A stretch of 34,766 nt of DNA from Candidatus Iainarchaeum sp. (lineage in GTDB: Archaea > B1Sed10-29 > WALL01): NCBI GenBank assembly GCA_021162685.1, contig JAGGYF010000034.1, positions 1 through 34,766 on the forward strand. The letters run 5' to 3'. The number at the start of each line of letters is the position of its first letter. Position 1 is the stretch's first letter. Made by a program: the position numbers and the translations under genes. Shown here piece after piece: positions 9,762 to 19,621 of this stretch. Below the pieces are notes generated by a model. It saw only the letters and a list, made by a program, of their open reading frames with translations. It made no database searches and had not been told where the DNA came from.

Positions 9762-10721
9762 ATGACAATTATTGCAGACGTACCAAACGTTGATGAACTG
9801 TTGAAATCAACAATAAAGAGAAGTCAGAGAAGAGCAAAGCAGATCACGGCAAAAACAAAAAGGCAGATGATAAAAAAGCGAGAGATATATAAGATTGAGT
9901 CCGTCGCCCTATCATTGAGCAACAAGCTTGAGTCAATAGTGAAGGACACTGCAAATTTTAGAAAGCTCTCCCCATTTCAGAAGGAGTTGTGCAGCGCTTT
10001 GTTTGACATTGATGAGGTGAGACGTTCTCTCCACTCTATAAACTGGGCATCAAAAAAGATATTAGAGTTGGGTAACAGCTACAAAAAGAAAGTGATGAAA
10101 ACAAAGGATATTGAGAGCATAACAAGGATGAGGAAGCAGTTTGAGGCCAGGGTTGAGTCCATACTGAACAAAGTAAAAAATGACTTAGAGATACTAAAGA
10201 AGGCAGGCATAAAAACCAAACAGCTACCATCCATAAAGGAGTTACCAACTGTTGTTATTGCTGGCTATCCGAATGTTGGAAAAAGCTCAATACTTAATGC
10301 GCTGTCTGACTCAAAGGTAAAGGTTGAGCCATATCCGTTCACAACAAAACAATTGCTTGTGGGATATGCAAAAAGAAGGTTTGATAACATTCAATTAATT
10401 GATACACCAGGTATCCTTGATAGGCCAATAGAAAAGATGAATAGGATCGAAAGGCAGGCATTAGCAGCACTTAAGCATCTTGGAAACAATATCCTCTTTG
10501 TGTTAGATGCTTCTGAGACATGTGGCTTTCCAATAGAAAAACAATTAGCATTGCTTGAATCCATAAAAAGGTTATTCAAACCCAAACTGCTTGTTGTTGT
10601 CAATAAAAAGGATTTGATCACAAAAGATAAGTTGAAGGGTTTAGAATATGACATTCTTATTAGTGCAAAAAACAAGAAGGATGTAGAGAGGCTCAAGGAG
10701 ATGCTCTTTGAGATTATATAA
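9762..10721 (+). CDS. NOG1-family (OBG-like) GTPase
   Basis: N-terminal helical NOG1 domain; GYPNVGKS, YPFTT, DTPG, NKKD, SAK. Confidence 0.92.
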   Translation: MTIIADVPNVDELLKSTIKRSQRRAKQITAKTKRQMIKKREIYKIESVALSLSNKLESIVKDTANFRKLSPFQKELCSALFDIDEVRRSLHSINWASKKILELGNSYKKKVMKTKDIESITRMRKQFEARVESILNKVKNDLEILKKAGIKTKQLPSIKELPTVVIAGYPNVGKSSILNALSDSKVKVEPYPFTTKQLLVGYAKRRFDNIQLIDTPGILDRPIEKMNRIERQALAALKHLGNNILFVLDASETCGFPIEKQLALLESIKRLFKPKLLVVVNKKDLITKDKLKGLEYDILISAKNKKDVERLKEMLFEII

Positions 10722-10808
10722 CAGAGTGATGAGAGGTGTGCTTTTGACACATGTTTTAAATACCTCTCTGCTTATAAATAGAGCATTAGCTTTTTCTGGG
10801 TGATAGAT

Positions 10809-11066
10809 ATGGAGCAGGCACTGGAGAACATCAAATACGTCATGGATAATATACTAGGAGATAATTCTGTGCCTAGGAATATAAAGAGGGCTGTGGAGGA
10901 AGCAAAGAATCATATATTTCAGAGTGAAAATAATGAAGTGGGATTCACAAGAGCAATATATGTGCTTGACGAAATACTTAATGATGTGAATATGCCCTTT
11001 CATACAAGAACTGAGATTATGAGTATTATATCTGAACTTGAACGGTTGAAGGAGCAGATGAAGTAG
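10809..11066 (+). CDS. UPF0147 family protein
   Basis: DNSVPRNIKR...LDEILNDVNMPFHTRT...ISELE signature; GGGTGA SD. Confidence 0.9.
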   Translation: MEQALENIKYVMDNILGDNSVPRNIKRAVEEAKNHIFQSENNEVGFTRAIYVLDEILNDVNMPFHTRTEIMSIISELERLKEQMK

Positions 11067-12098
11067 ATGGACACAGAAGAGAGATTTCAATTGATTGCAA
11101 AGCTTCCCACAGAAGAAATTGTTACTGGTAAGGAGCTTCTTGAATTACTCGAAACAAAAGAAAGGCCTATTGCATACGATGGGTTTGAGCCGAGTGGAAT
11201 GGCTCATATCGCCGCTGGATTGATGCGCGCCCAAAAGATAAATGACCTACTGGAAGCAGATGTTAGGTTCAAATTGTTGATTGCTGATTGGCATGCATGG
11301 ATAAACAATAAGATGGGTGGAGACCTAGATAAAATAAGGAAGGTTGGAGAATATCTTATAAAAGTGTGGGAAACATTTGGCGTTGACACAAAAAAGATTG
11401 ATGTTATCTGGGCATCTGATATTGTTAAAGATCCAGATTATTGGAAAAAGGTCATAATGATTGCAAAAGAAACGACAATAGCAAGGATGAGAAGGTGCGC
11501 AACAATAATGGGCAGACAAGAGAAAGAGATGCAACACGTCTCGCAATTTTTCTATCCTGCAATGCAATGCGCGGATATCTTCCAGTTGGAATGTGACATC
11601 ACACAGTTAGGTATGGACCAGAGAAAAGTGAATATGTTAGCAAGAGAAGTAGGACCAAAGATAGGATTTTGGAAACCAGTTGTTGTAAGCCACCACCTCT
11701 TAATAGGATTGCAAGGACCAACAAGAATGGAGATGGATATAAAGATGAGCAAGAGCAAACCCGAGAATGCTATCTTTGTGCATGATTCTGAGAATGCTAT
11801 AAAAGATAAACTAAAAAAGGCCTATTGCCCGCCAAAGGAGATTGAGGATAACCCTGTGCTTGAACTATGTAAATATGTAATCTTCAGAGGAGAAGAGCGG
11901 TCTTTTGTGATAGAACGGCCAGAAAAGTATGGAGGGAATATTGAATTCCAGACCTATGAAGAACTTGAAAAGGCATATAGAAATGGTTTGCATCCCCTTG
12001 ACCTAAAGAATGCTGTTGCTAGGGAGATAAATGAGATGATAAAGCCATGTAGGGAGTACTTTGAAAAGCATCCAGAATACTTGGAGATATTCAAATAA
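11067..12098 (+). CDS. tyrS: Tyrosine--tRNA ligase (archaeal)
   Basis: YDGFEPSG, HIAA (HIGH-like), YPAMQCAD, GMDQRK, KMSKS. Confidence 0.96.
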   Translation: MDTEERFQLIAKLPTEEIVTGKELLELLETKERPIAYDGFEPSGMAHIAAGLMRAQKINDLLEADVRFKLLIADWHAWINNKMGGDLDKIRKVGEYLIKVWETFGVDTKKIDVIWASDIVKDPDYWKKVIMIAKETTIARMRRCATIMGRQEKEMQHVSQFFYPAMQCADIFQLECDITQLGMDQRKVNMLAREVGPKIGFWKPVVVSHHLLIGLQGPTRMEMDIKMSKSKPENAIFVHDSENAIKDKLKKAYCPPKEIEDNPVLELCKYVIFRGEERSFVIERPEKYGGNIEFQTYEELEKAYRNGLHPLDLKNAVAREINEMIKPCREYFEKHPEYLEIFK

Positions 12099-12112
12099 TT
12101 TTTGCAGGATAA

Positions 12113-12191
12113 TTACTTAAACAATAAAACCAAAAGAATAATGCTCGTTTTGGGCAAAACGCTCGGTCGCGAGTAGCGCAGGGGCGTGGGT
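12113..12191 (+). promoter_or_regulatory. PolD operon promoter (TATA-like TTACTTAAA, ATGC initiator) and GC-rich structured 5' UTR
   Basis: TATA-like element ending at 12121, ATGC at 12141; 12141-12190 is 32/50 G+C with several hairpins. Confidence 0.5.
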
Positions 12192-13661
12192 ATGAAAGAT
12201 AAAATTATTTCATATTTAAGGGAAAAGGGTTTTCTTGTAACACCAGAGGCACTTGAAGAGATAATGAAAGAGGATGCTCCATTGACATTTGCAGAGCGAC
12301 TATCAGAAGAGGTTTCTGGATCAATTATTGATGTTGAACAAATAGAACAGGTTAGAAGGCCTAAAGAAGAAAAAAGGATAGTCTACGAACCTAGTTCTCC
12401 GTTTAATCCACCTGCCAAGGAGATAGAATCAAAGGTTGTTGTGTTTGATGAACATGATGTAACAGGAAAATCACTAAGCGAAGGAAAGGTTGAGGATTTC
12501 ATTGATTATTTTAGGGACAGGTTTAGAAGGTTGTCAAAGATACTAAAAGAGAGAAGCGGAACACTAGTAAAGAATATTGAAGCATTGAAGAAAAAGCAGT
12601 ATGCAGATGAGATAAGAATTATTGGAATGATTAGTTCTTTACATGAAACAAAAAAAGGACATGTGCTTATGACACTTGAGGATGAAACAGACCAGATTAA
12701 CGTTCTCATACCAAAGCAGAATAGAGACCTCATGCTGTTCTCAAAAAATCTCTTGCCAGATGAGGTCGTTGCTGTTGAAGGAGTTTTACGCGGTACACTG
12801 TTCATTGCACAAGATATATTTCGCCCAGATATCCCCATGAAAACACCAAATAGAGCAGATGAGGAAGTATACGTTGCAATGATATCTGACACACATGTGG
12901 GAAGCAAACTCTTTATGGAGAAGAACTTTGTTAGGTTCATAGATTGGTTGAATGGAAGATATGGAGATGCAAAGCAGAGAGAACTTGCAGGAAAGGTAAA
13001 ATACATAACATTTGCTGGTGACCTCTGTGATGGTGTGGGTATATATCCAGGGCAGGAAGATGAACTTGAAACAGATGACATATTCAAGCAATATGATAAA
13101 CTTGCTATGCTATTGGAGAATGTTCCAGATTATATAGAGATCATTGCAATATCTGGGAACCATGATGCAGTGAGGGTTGCAGACCCTCAGCCAGCAATTC
13201 CAGAATATGTACTTGGTCATCTAAAAGATCTTCCGAATTTCAGGAGCCTTGGTTCTCCCTCCTATGTTTCATTACATGGTGTTGAATTCCTGTTGTATCA
13301 TGGACACTCTATCCACTCCGTTGTTCCGCATGTTAGCACTGTTGATTACAAGAACCCAGAGATGATAGTTAAGGAGTACCTACAGAGAAGGCACTTGCAT
13401 CCTGTATATGGTGAAAAACCTCCCATCTGTCCTGAGAAGAAGGACTATTTGGTCATAGAGAGAGTGCCAGATGTTGTGCAGGTTGCTGATGTGCACAAGA
13501 ATGGATATATGACATACAAAGGAGTTATAGGAGTAAATGCGGGGTGTTGGCAGAACACCACACCATATCAGATAAAACAGGGACACCACCCTACACCATG
13601 TATCCTACCTGTGATGAACCTACAGACAGGGAAATTAAACATACTACACTTTGATAGGTGA
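12192..13661 (+). CDS. polB: DNA polymerase D small subunit DP1 (3'-5' exonuclease)
   Basis: OB fold plus calcineurin-like phosphoesterase motifs SDTHVGS, GDLCDG, GNHD, HGHS, HLHP, NAGCWQ; directly upstream of DP2. Confidence 0.95.
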   Translation: MKDKIISYLREKGFLVTPEALEEIMKEDAPLTFAERLSEEVSGSIIDVEQIEQVRRPKEEKRIVYEPSSPFNPPAKEIESKVVVFDEHDVTGKSLSEGKVEDFIDYFRDRFRRLSKILKERSGTLVKNIEALKKKQYADEIRIIGMISSLHETKKGHVLMTLEDETDQINVLIPKQNRDLMLFSKNLLPDEVVAVEGVLRGTLFIAQDIFRPDIPMKTPNRADEEVYVAMISDTHVGSKLFMEKNFVRFIDWLNGRYGDAKQRELAGKVKYITFAGDLCDGVGIYPGQEDELETDDIFKQYDKLAMLLENVPDYIEIIAISGNHDAVRVADPQPAIPEYVLGHLKDLPNFRSLGSPSYVSLHGVEFLLYHGHSIHSVVPHVSTVDYKNPEMIVKEYLQRRHLHPVYGEKPPICPEKKDYLVIERVPDVVQVADVHKNGYMTYKGVIGVNAGCWQNTTPYQIKQGHHPTPCILPVMNLQTGKLNILHFDR

Positions 13662-13665
13662 TGTT

Positions 13666-16600
13666 TTGAAAGCAGACCCAGTGATACAGAGGTATTATGA
13701 AACCCTTGAAAAGAAGGCAAGGGAAGAGTATAGCATTGCAAAGGAAGCAAGAATGAAAGGGTATGACCCAAGCCAGAATGTTGAGATAGCATTTGCAAAG
13801 GATGTATATGCAAGGGTTGAAGGACTTGTTGGACCAACGGGCGTTGCTGCAGATATGAGAAGGATCATGGCAGAAACTGGATCAAGGGAGACCACTGCCC
13901 TTAGGACTGTTGATCTTATCATTGAAGGAAAATACGGAGAGATGGATGAAAATGAAACAGCAGAGCAGTGTATAAGAACTGCTCTTGCTCTTCTAACAGA
14001 GGGAGTTGTTGCAGCACCAATTGAAGGGATCTCTGGTGCAGAGGTTAAGGAGAATCCAGATGGATCAAGATATCTAACAGTTGGATTTGCTGGGCCAATA
14101 AGAAGTGCTGGGGGAACAGCACAAGCGCTAGCTGTACTAATTGCAGATTACACAAGACAGAAGATGGGATTGGATGAATATAGACCAACAAAAACAGAGG
14201 TTGAAAGATATGTGGAAGAGATAAATCTCTACCACAACGCTGTATCAAGATTACAGTACAAACCAACAGACGATGAGATAAGGACCATTGTTACCAACTG
14301 TCCTGTATGCGTATCTGGTGAGCCAACATCTGATGTTGAGGTTGATGTCTATAAAGATCTTGATAGAATACCAACAAATAGAATAAGGGGAGGTATGTGC
14401 CTAGTAATAAGTGAAGGCATTGCACAGAAGGCACAGAAGGTATTGAAATATGCCAAACTATTTGGGTTGAACTGGGATTGGCTCTCCTCTATTGTAAAGG
14501 TTGGTGCAAAAGGTGGGAAAACAGAGATAAAACCAGTTGACACATACATGAAGGAGATTGTTGCAGGGAGGCCTATACTATCCTATCCATCAACACCTGG
14601 CGGATTTAGGTTGAGATATGGAAGAACAAGAAATAGTGGGTTAATGGCAAAAGGTATGCACCCAGCAACAATGGTTGTGTTAGGAGGCTTCCCAGCTATC
14701 GGAACGCAACTTAAGGTTGAGAGGCCGGGCAAGGGCATGACTGTTGTACCATGCGATACTATAGAGGGTCCAGTTGTAAAGCTCAGAAACGGTGATGTTA
14801 TTATACTGGATAGTGAGGAGCAGGCAAGGGAGCTGTACTCACAGATTGATGAGATATTGTTTAATGGTGACCTCCTTATCTCGTTTGGTGATTTTTTACA
14901 TAGTAACCATCCAATCGTGCAAAGTCCTTGGGTTGAAGAATGGTGGGTACAAGAGTTAGAGGAGAGAGGAGGGAGATGTAAAAATCCGTTCAATGTCTCA
15001 TTTGACGAAGCAGTTAGATATTCAAAAGAGTATGGTGTCCCATTGCATCCAAAATTTGTTTTCCCATACAATGATGTTTCCATTGATGAACTGAAAAGGT
15101 TGATGCGTTGGCTCTCAACAGATATGAAAAACAGTGATGAAAAAAGAATACTTGAGTTACTTCTTGTTCCTCATCATGTTGAAGAAAACCATATTGTTAT
15201 TGAAGAATGGGCAAGAAAAGCATTGTTCAAAACATTAGATATACCATACAGCTTATCAAAGATTGACAACATAACTGCTGAAGATACATTATCATTTGTA
15301 AACAAACTTTCTCCTTTCATAATAATGGATAAAGCACCTGTCTACATAGGGGCAAGGATGGGAAGGCCAGAAAAGGCAAAAGAACGATTGATGAGTCCTG
15401 CACCACATGTTCTATTCCCTGTGGGTACATATGGAGGAAGCACACGTTCCATTATGAAGGCAGCAGAAGGTGGCACAATACAAGTAGAGATAACACGACT
15501 TAAATGTCCAAAATGCAATGTGATTGTCAATGGATATAAGTGTGACAGATGTGGATCACGAACTGTTGTTGAATATATCTGCCAAAGGTGCGGGATCCCA
15601 TCAGAGGATTTTTGCCCCAAATGTGGAGCAAAAACTGTAGGATATGAGAAGAGGGTTGTAAACCTAAAAGAGTTACTTGAAAAAGCCATTGAAAAGGTTG
15701 GGAAACCAGACCCAAAATTGAAAGGAGTTAAGGGAACAACGAGTGAAGCAAAATGCTTTGAGCCATTGGAGAAGGGGATATTGAGAAGCAGACATGGAGT
15801 ATATCTGTTCAAAGATGGAACAATACGGTTTGATTCAACAAACCTGCCAATAACGCACTTCAAGCCAAGTGAGATAGGAACAAGTATAGAAAAACTAAGG
15901 GAATTGGGTTATAGTGTATATAGCGAAGAGGATATTGTGGAGCTATTCCCACAGGATATAATTGTCTCAGAAGATGCTGCACCCTATCTCGTGCGGGTTA
16001 CAAAGTTTATTGATGAACTTCTTGAGAAATTTTATGGTCTTGAGCCATACTATAACATTGATACAAAAGAGGATTTGGTTGGAAAACTTGTTGTTGGGCT
16101 GGCACCACATACATCAGCTGCTATATTGGGCAGGATTATAGGGTTCTCCAAGGCAAGAGGATGCTACGCTCATCCATATTTTCATGCTGCAACAAGACGT
16201 GACTGCTTTGCGTATGATGAAACATTGCCAATATTTGATGGCATGTCGTGGCAAATTGTGAAGATTGGTGAGTTTGTTGAAAACCTAATAGAAAAAGGAC
16301 AATTCAGGACAACAGAGTTTGGAGATATTGTTGTTGAAGTAGAGGGATATAAAACTCTCTCCCTCAATAAGGATGGAAGATATGAGCTAAAAACCATAAC
16401 TGCTTTCTCAAAACATCCTGTTCATGACCATGTAACAACAATTAAAACTAAAAGCGGGAGGGAGATCACAACGAGCGGTCTTCATAACTTCATTGATTCA
16501 AAAAATCATGTTGTCCCAGCATTTCAGAGTGAAGAGGTGATACTCCCACGTAAACTTGACATACCAACAAGGGATGTAATGTGGATCGACTTGCTGGACT

Positions 16601-18360
16601 TTTCTGATGAGGACACTATGATTGTAGGAATTGCTGAAAAACTGAGGAGATATCTAAAAAGGGAGGGAGTAGCAAAGACCGCAAGAACCCTTGGGATACA
16701 TAAAAGCACATTGTACAATTATATGGTGCGTGATTCTGTGCCACTTTGGCTAGTACAGAGAGTAGGGATTAGTATTCCCTCCGATGTTCAAATTAAGGAA
16801 AAAAGAGATACTGTAATCCTTCCAAGAAAGATAAGGGTTGGAAGGGATTTCTTAAGGCTTCTTGGCTTCTATGTGGCAGAAGGCCATTGCAGAAAGAAAG
16901 ATAAGTTATGCTACCAGGTTGATTTTGCTGTTACCAGAGAAAAACAATTGGTAAAGAAGGTCATCAAAAATGTTTTTGGGGTAAACGCCTCAGAGGGAAA
17001 ACAGCGGGTCACTATCTGCTCAAAGATAATTTATAATCTTTTTGTGGGTCTAAAAGCAGGTACACACGCAAAGAACAAAAGAGTTCCACCGTTCATCTTT
17101 TCGCTACCATTAAAAAAGGTAAGGTGGTTTTTACAGGGATACTTTGAAGGAGATGGAGGGATAAGTAAATCAAAAACCAAAGGGGCGAGTCCCGAAGTGG
17201 CCTGTACATCAGCAAGTAAAATGCTATTGCGTGACATTGAATTTCTGCTTACTCGCTTTGGGCTGGTTTGCTCATGGGCCAAAGATGAGAGAAGCATGAG
17301 TACGGGAAAAGTTGCTGAATTTTACAAAAAGAGAGGGCAAATGTTGAAGTGGAAGTGTTACAAACTGCGCATGTATGGCACCACGGCCAAAGAGTTCTGT
17401 GAAAAGATAGGCTTCTGGTGGCCACAGAAAAAAACAAAGGCACATAAGATAATTAATCATCATTCATTCAAACAGAAGAGGATGAAGTACCTAAGGAATA
17501 GTGTCGTTGATCCTGTTAAAAACATAGAAATCAAAAAGTCTCCTCAATTTTTATATAATCTCACCGTAAAGGACAACCACAATGCGCTCGTTTCTGGGAT
17601 AACAGCAAAGCAATGTGACGGTGACGAAAATGCAATCATGCTTCTCCTTGATGCACTGCTCAACTTTAGTAAATCCTATCTTCCAGCAAGCAGGGGAGGA
17701 AGGATGGATGCTCCTCTTGTTATAACACTTGTCTTAAATCCATCCCAGGTTGATGACCAGGTGCATGAGATGGATATAGTTGAAAAGATGCCTCTGGATT
17801 TCTACAGAAAAAGCGGGGAGTTGTTAAGTCCCTCTGAGTTTGATATTGAAATTGTTGAAAAGAGACTCGGGAGAGAGAACCAGTATAACGGATTTAAGTA
17901 TACACATGAGACTTCAAAAATTGATGCTGGTGTTGTCCGCTCTGCCTACACAACACTTGAAACAATGGACGAAAAGGTTGATGCACAACTAAGCCTTGGA
18001 AGAAGGATCAGAGCTGTAGATGAAAAGGATGAAGCAAAGCGTTTGTTGAATTCTCACTTCCTTAGGGATTTATATGGTAACTTGAGGGCATTTGGAGAAC
18101 AAAAGTTTAGATGTACTGACTGCAATGCAAAATACAGAAGGGTTCCACTCATAGGCAAGTGTGTGAGATGCGGTGGAAGGGTTATTCTAACAATTGCAGA
18201 AGGTTCTGTTAGGAAGTATCTTGAAGTAAGCAAACAGATAGCAAATGACTATGGGTTGTCTGATTATATCATACAAAGGTTAGAACTGTTAGAAAAAAAT
18301 ATTGACTCTGTATTTGTAAATGAAAAGAGCAAACAATACAACCTAACAGACTTTTTGTAG
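13666..18360 (+). CDS. polC: DNA polymerase D large subunit DP2, intein-containing
   Basis: EGVVAAPIEG, GPIRSAGGT, GFRLRYGR, RMGRPEKA, CxxC zinc fingers, CDGDE catalytic motif after splicing, C-terminal PIP box QYNLTDFL; TTG 13666 follows a GGTGA SD (ORF track start 13651). Confidence 0.96.
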   Translation: MKADPVIQRYYETLEKKAREEYSIAKEARMKGYDPSQNVEIAFAKDVYARVEGLVGPTGVAADMRRIMAETGSRETTALRTVDLIIEGKYGEMDENETAEQCIRTALALLTEGVVAAPIEGISGAEVKENPDGSRYLTVGFAGPIRSAGGTAQALAVLIADYTRQKMGLDEYRPTKTEVERYVEEINLYHNAVSRLQYKPTDDEIRTIVTNCPVCVSGEPTSDVEVDVYKDLDRIPTNRIRGGMCLVISEGIAQKAQKVLKYAKLFGLNWDWLSSIVKVGAKGGKTEIKPVDTYMKEIVAGRPILSYPSTPGGFRLRYGRTRNSGLMAKGMHPATMVVLGGFPAIGTQLKVERPGKGMTVVPCDTIEGPVVKLRNGDVIILDSEEQARELYSQIDEILFNGDLLISFGDFLHSNHPIVQSPWVEEWWVQELEERGGRCKNPFNVSFDEAVRYSKEYGVPLHPKFVFPYNDVSIDELKRLMRWLSTDMKNSDEKRILELLLVPHHVEENHIVIEEWARKALFKTLDIPYSLSKIDNITAEDTLSFVNKLSPFIIMDKAPVYIGARMGRPEKAKERLMSPAPHVLFPVGTYGGSTRSIMKAAEGGTIQVEITRLKCPKCNVIVNGYKCDRCGSRTVVEYICQRCGIPSEDFCPKCGAKTVGYEKRVVNLKELLEKAIEKVGKPDPKLKGVKGTTSEAKCFEPLEKGILRSRHGVYLFKDGTIRFDSTNLPITHFKPSEIGTSIEKLRELGYSVYSEEDIVELFPQDIIVSEDAAPYLVRVTKFIDELLEKFYGLEPYYNIDTKEDLVGKLVVGLAPHTSAAILGRIIGFSKARGCYAHPYFHAATRRDCFAYDETLPIFDGMSWQIVKIGEFVENLIEKGQFRTTEFGDIVVEVEGYKTLSLNKDGRYELKTITAFSKHPVHDHVTTIKTKSGREITTSGLHNFIDSKNHVVPAFQSEEVILPRKLDIPTRDVMWIDLLDFSDEDTMIVGIAEKLRRYLKREGVAKTARTLGIHKSTLYNYMVRDSVPLWLVQRVGISIPSDVQIKEKRDTVILPRKIRVGRDFLRLLGFYVAEGHCRKKDKLCYQVDFAVTREKQLVKKVIKNVFGVNASEGKQRVTICSKIIYNLFVGLKAGTHAKNKRVPPFIFSLPLKKVRWFLQGYFEGDGGISKSKTKGASPEVACTSASKMLLRDIEFLLTRFGLVCSWAKDERSMSTGKVAEFYKKRGQMLKWKCYKLRMYGTTAKEFCEKIGFWWPQKKTKAHKIINHHSFKQKRMKYLRNSVVDPVKNIEIKKSPQFLYNLTVKDNHNALVSGITAKQCDGDENAIMLLLDALLNFSKSYLPASRGGRMDAPLVITLVLNPSQVDDQVHEMDIVEKMPLDFYRKSGELLSPSEFDIEIVEKRLGRENQYNGFKYTHETSKIDAGVVRSAYTTLETMDEKVDAQLSLGRRIRAVDEKDEAKRLLNSHFLRDLYGNLRAFGEQKFRCTDCNAKYRRVPLIGKCVRCGGRVILTIAEGSVRKYLEVSKQIANDYGLSDYIIQRLELLEKNIDSVFVNEKSKQYNLTDFL
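16204..17613 (+). mobile_element. 470-aa intein with LAGLIDADG homing endonuclease in DP2
   Basis: RRD|CFAYDET start; block B TTSGLH; LLGFYVAEG and FLQGYFEGDG; YNLTV...ITAKQ|CDGDE end; removal restores HAATRRDCDGDE. Confidence 0.94.
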
Positions 18361-19146
18361 TCACTTAAATAGGATGATATAAAGAATGAGTAGGATAATG
18401 ATGCCACCAAGTAATGTATATCTCCCCATCTTCGTTGTCACGAGCCATTTTATTATACCCTGACTCTCTCCTCCTACCTTTACTGCCTGGATGCTCATTG
18501 ATTTCACAACACCAAATCCCCAATTAAATGCCTTCTTTGAATAATCCATCCAGCCCTCTGGTGTCTTCAGGTCTTCTAACATGTCCTTTGTTATCTCTAT
18601 CATTCCTCTCTCACGTTCTGGTACTTGTTCTATATGGATAGGAGAGCCTGAAATCGCATCAAGATCAAGCCTCTGCATCCTCCCCCCACCAAGCCTAACC
18701 CATATACGCCATATTGGAACATATATGAGGTTGACACCAGAAATAGTGATTGTGTTCTTTGGTATGCCCATCTCTCCTGCTACCTTTAATTGTGCTAGAT
18801 TTTTGACCTCTGATTGTTCTATTGCTGGTTTGAATACCTTGTACTCAATGTTGTGTTTTATCTCCTTTGATCTTTCAACAGGTATGCTCTTCAAGATTTC
18901 AATCATTATTGGCCTAAGTTCGCCTGTCAGTGCATCCATTGCCATCTGCGATGAGAATGTCTGAGATTTTCCTTCGTATTCCTGGTATATATCATAATTA
19001 AAGAACCAGTAGGGAACGTACATCAACGTAACGCTATCAATATCAAACCTTCTCCAATGTCTCTCCTTGAGAACGCTCTCAACAATCCCTAGAATATCAT
19101 CGAGTGTGAATCTCAATTCCAGGGCTGGTGAGTCCAGGAATGGCAT
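18361..19146 (-). CDS. Tail-anchored membrane protein with two YVPxW...DAxxG (PepSY-like) repeats
   Basis: YVPYW(43)..DALTG(71) and YVPIW(142)..DAISG(163); single C-terminal TM; 8 nt downstream of sepF with a GGTGG SD. Confidence 0.75.
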   Translation of the reverse strand: MPFLDSPALELRFTLDDILGIVESVLKERHWRRFDIDSVTLMYVPYWFFNYDIYQEYEGKSQTFSSQMAMDALTGELRPIMIEILKSIPVERSKEIKHNIEYKVFKPAIEQSEVKNLAQLKVAGEMGIPKNTITISGVNLIYVPIWRIWVRLGGGRMQRLDLDAISGSPIHIEQVPERERGMIEITKDMLEDLKTPEGWMDYSKKAFNWGFGVVKSMSIQAVKVGGESQGIIKWLVTTKMGRYTLLGGIIILLILYIILFK

Positions 19147-19154
19147 ACCACCAT

Positions 19155-19526
19155 CTATTTCCTTGTTTTGGCAACCTTAACGCCCTTTGGTGTCAGCAAC
19201 AACTTGTACTCTGTTATCCTCACGATATCTCCATCAATTGCTTTTGCATTGCCCTTCAGCTCATTTATCACTTGCTTTAATTTTATGGAATTTCTCTTGT
19301 ATAGTGGCTCTATGTTCAAGATGACAATGTTTCCCTCGTTCAAATCATTTATGATCTGGGCTGCATCGCTTGTATCCTGCAAGAGGTATGGCTTCACCCA
19401 CATATCTGCCTCTTCTTCTAGCAGGTTCTCGTGCTCCACACCTATTGTCTCTAAAAATTCATCTATATCAACATCCTCTGTACTGCCACCGATTTTGCTT
19501 GAAATTTTCTTTAAAAACCCTACCAT
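19155..19526 (-). CDS. sepF: Cell division protein SepF
   Basis: N-terminal amphipathic helix MVGFLKKISSKI; GNIVILNI, IDGDIVRI, LLLTPKGV. Confidence 0.9.
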   Translation of the reverse strand: MVGFLKKISSKIGGSTEDVDIDEFLETIGVEHENLLEEEADMWVKPYLLQDTSDAAQIINDLNEGNIVILNIEPLYKRNSIKLKQVINELKGNAKAIDGDIVRITEYKLLLTPKGVKVAKTRK

Positions 19527-19621
19527 GTTCTTTCCTCCTCAATATATTTTAAGCTCAATGCCCATAATTATAGCGCTCTAAATTATGCAGGTTTCTAATT
19601 AAATACTTTTGTGTGAGTGAA

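Noticed and set aside
10722-10799. Possible C/D-box sRNA (GTGATGA) and GAGAGGTG/TACCTCTC stem
   Set aside because: No downstream CTGA D box; the region is explained by the UPF0147-tyrS promoter
12141-12176. uORF MLVLGKTLGRE before DP1, and the similar MLVFCVKGGD (28047-28079) before psmB
   Set aside because: Both ATGs are the ATGC initiator 19 nt after a TATA box (also seen before slyD). Transcription probably starts at or within this motif, so the AUG is likely not on the mRNA. Not fully excluded.
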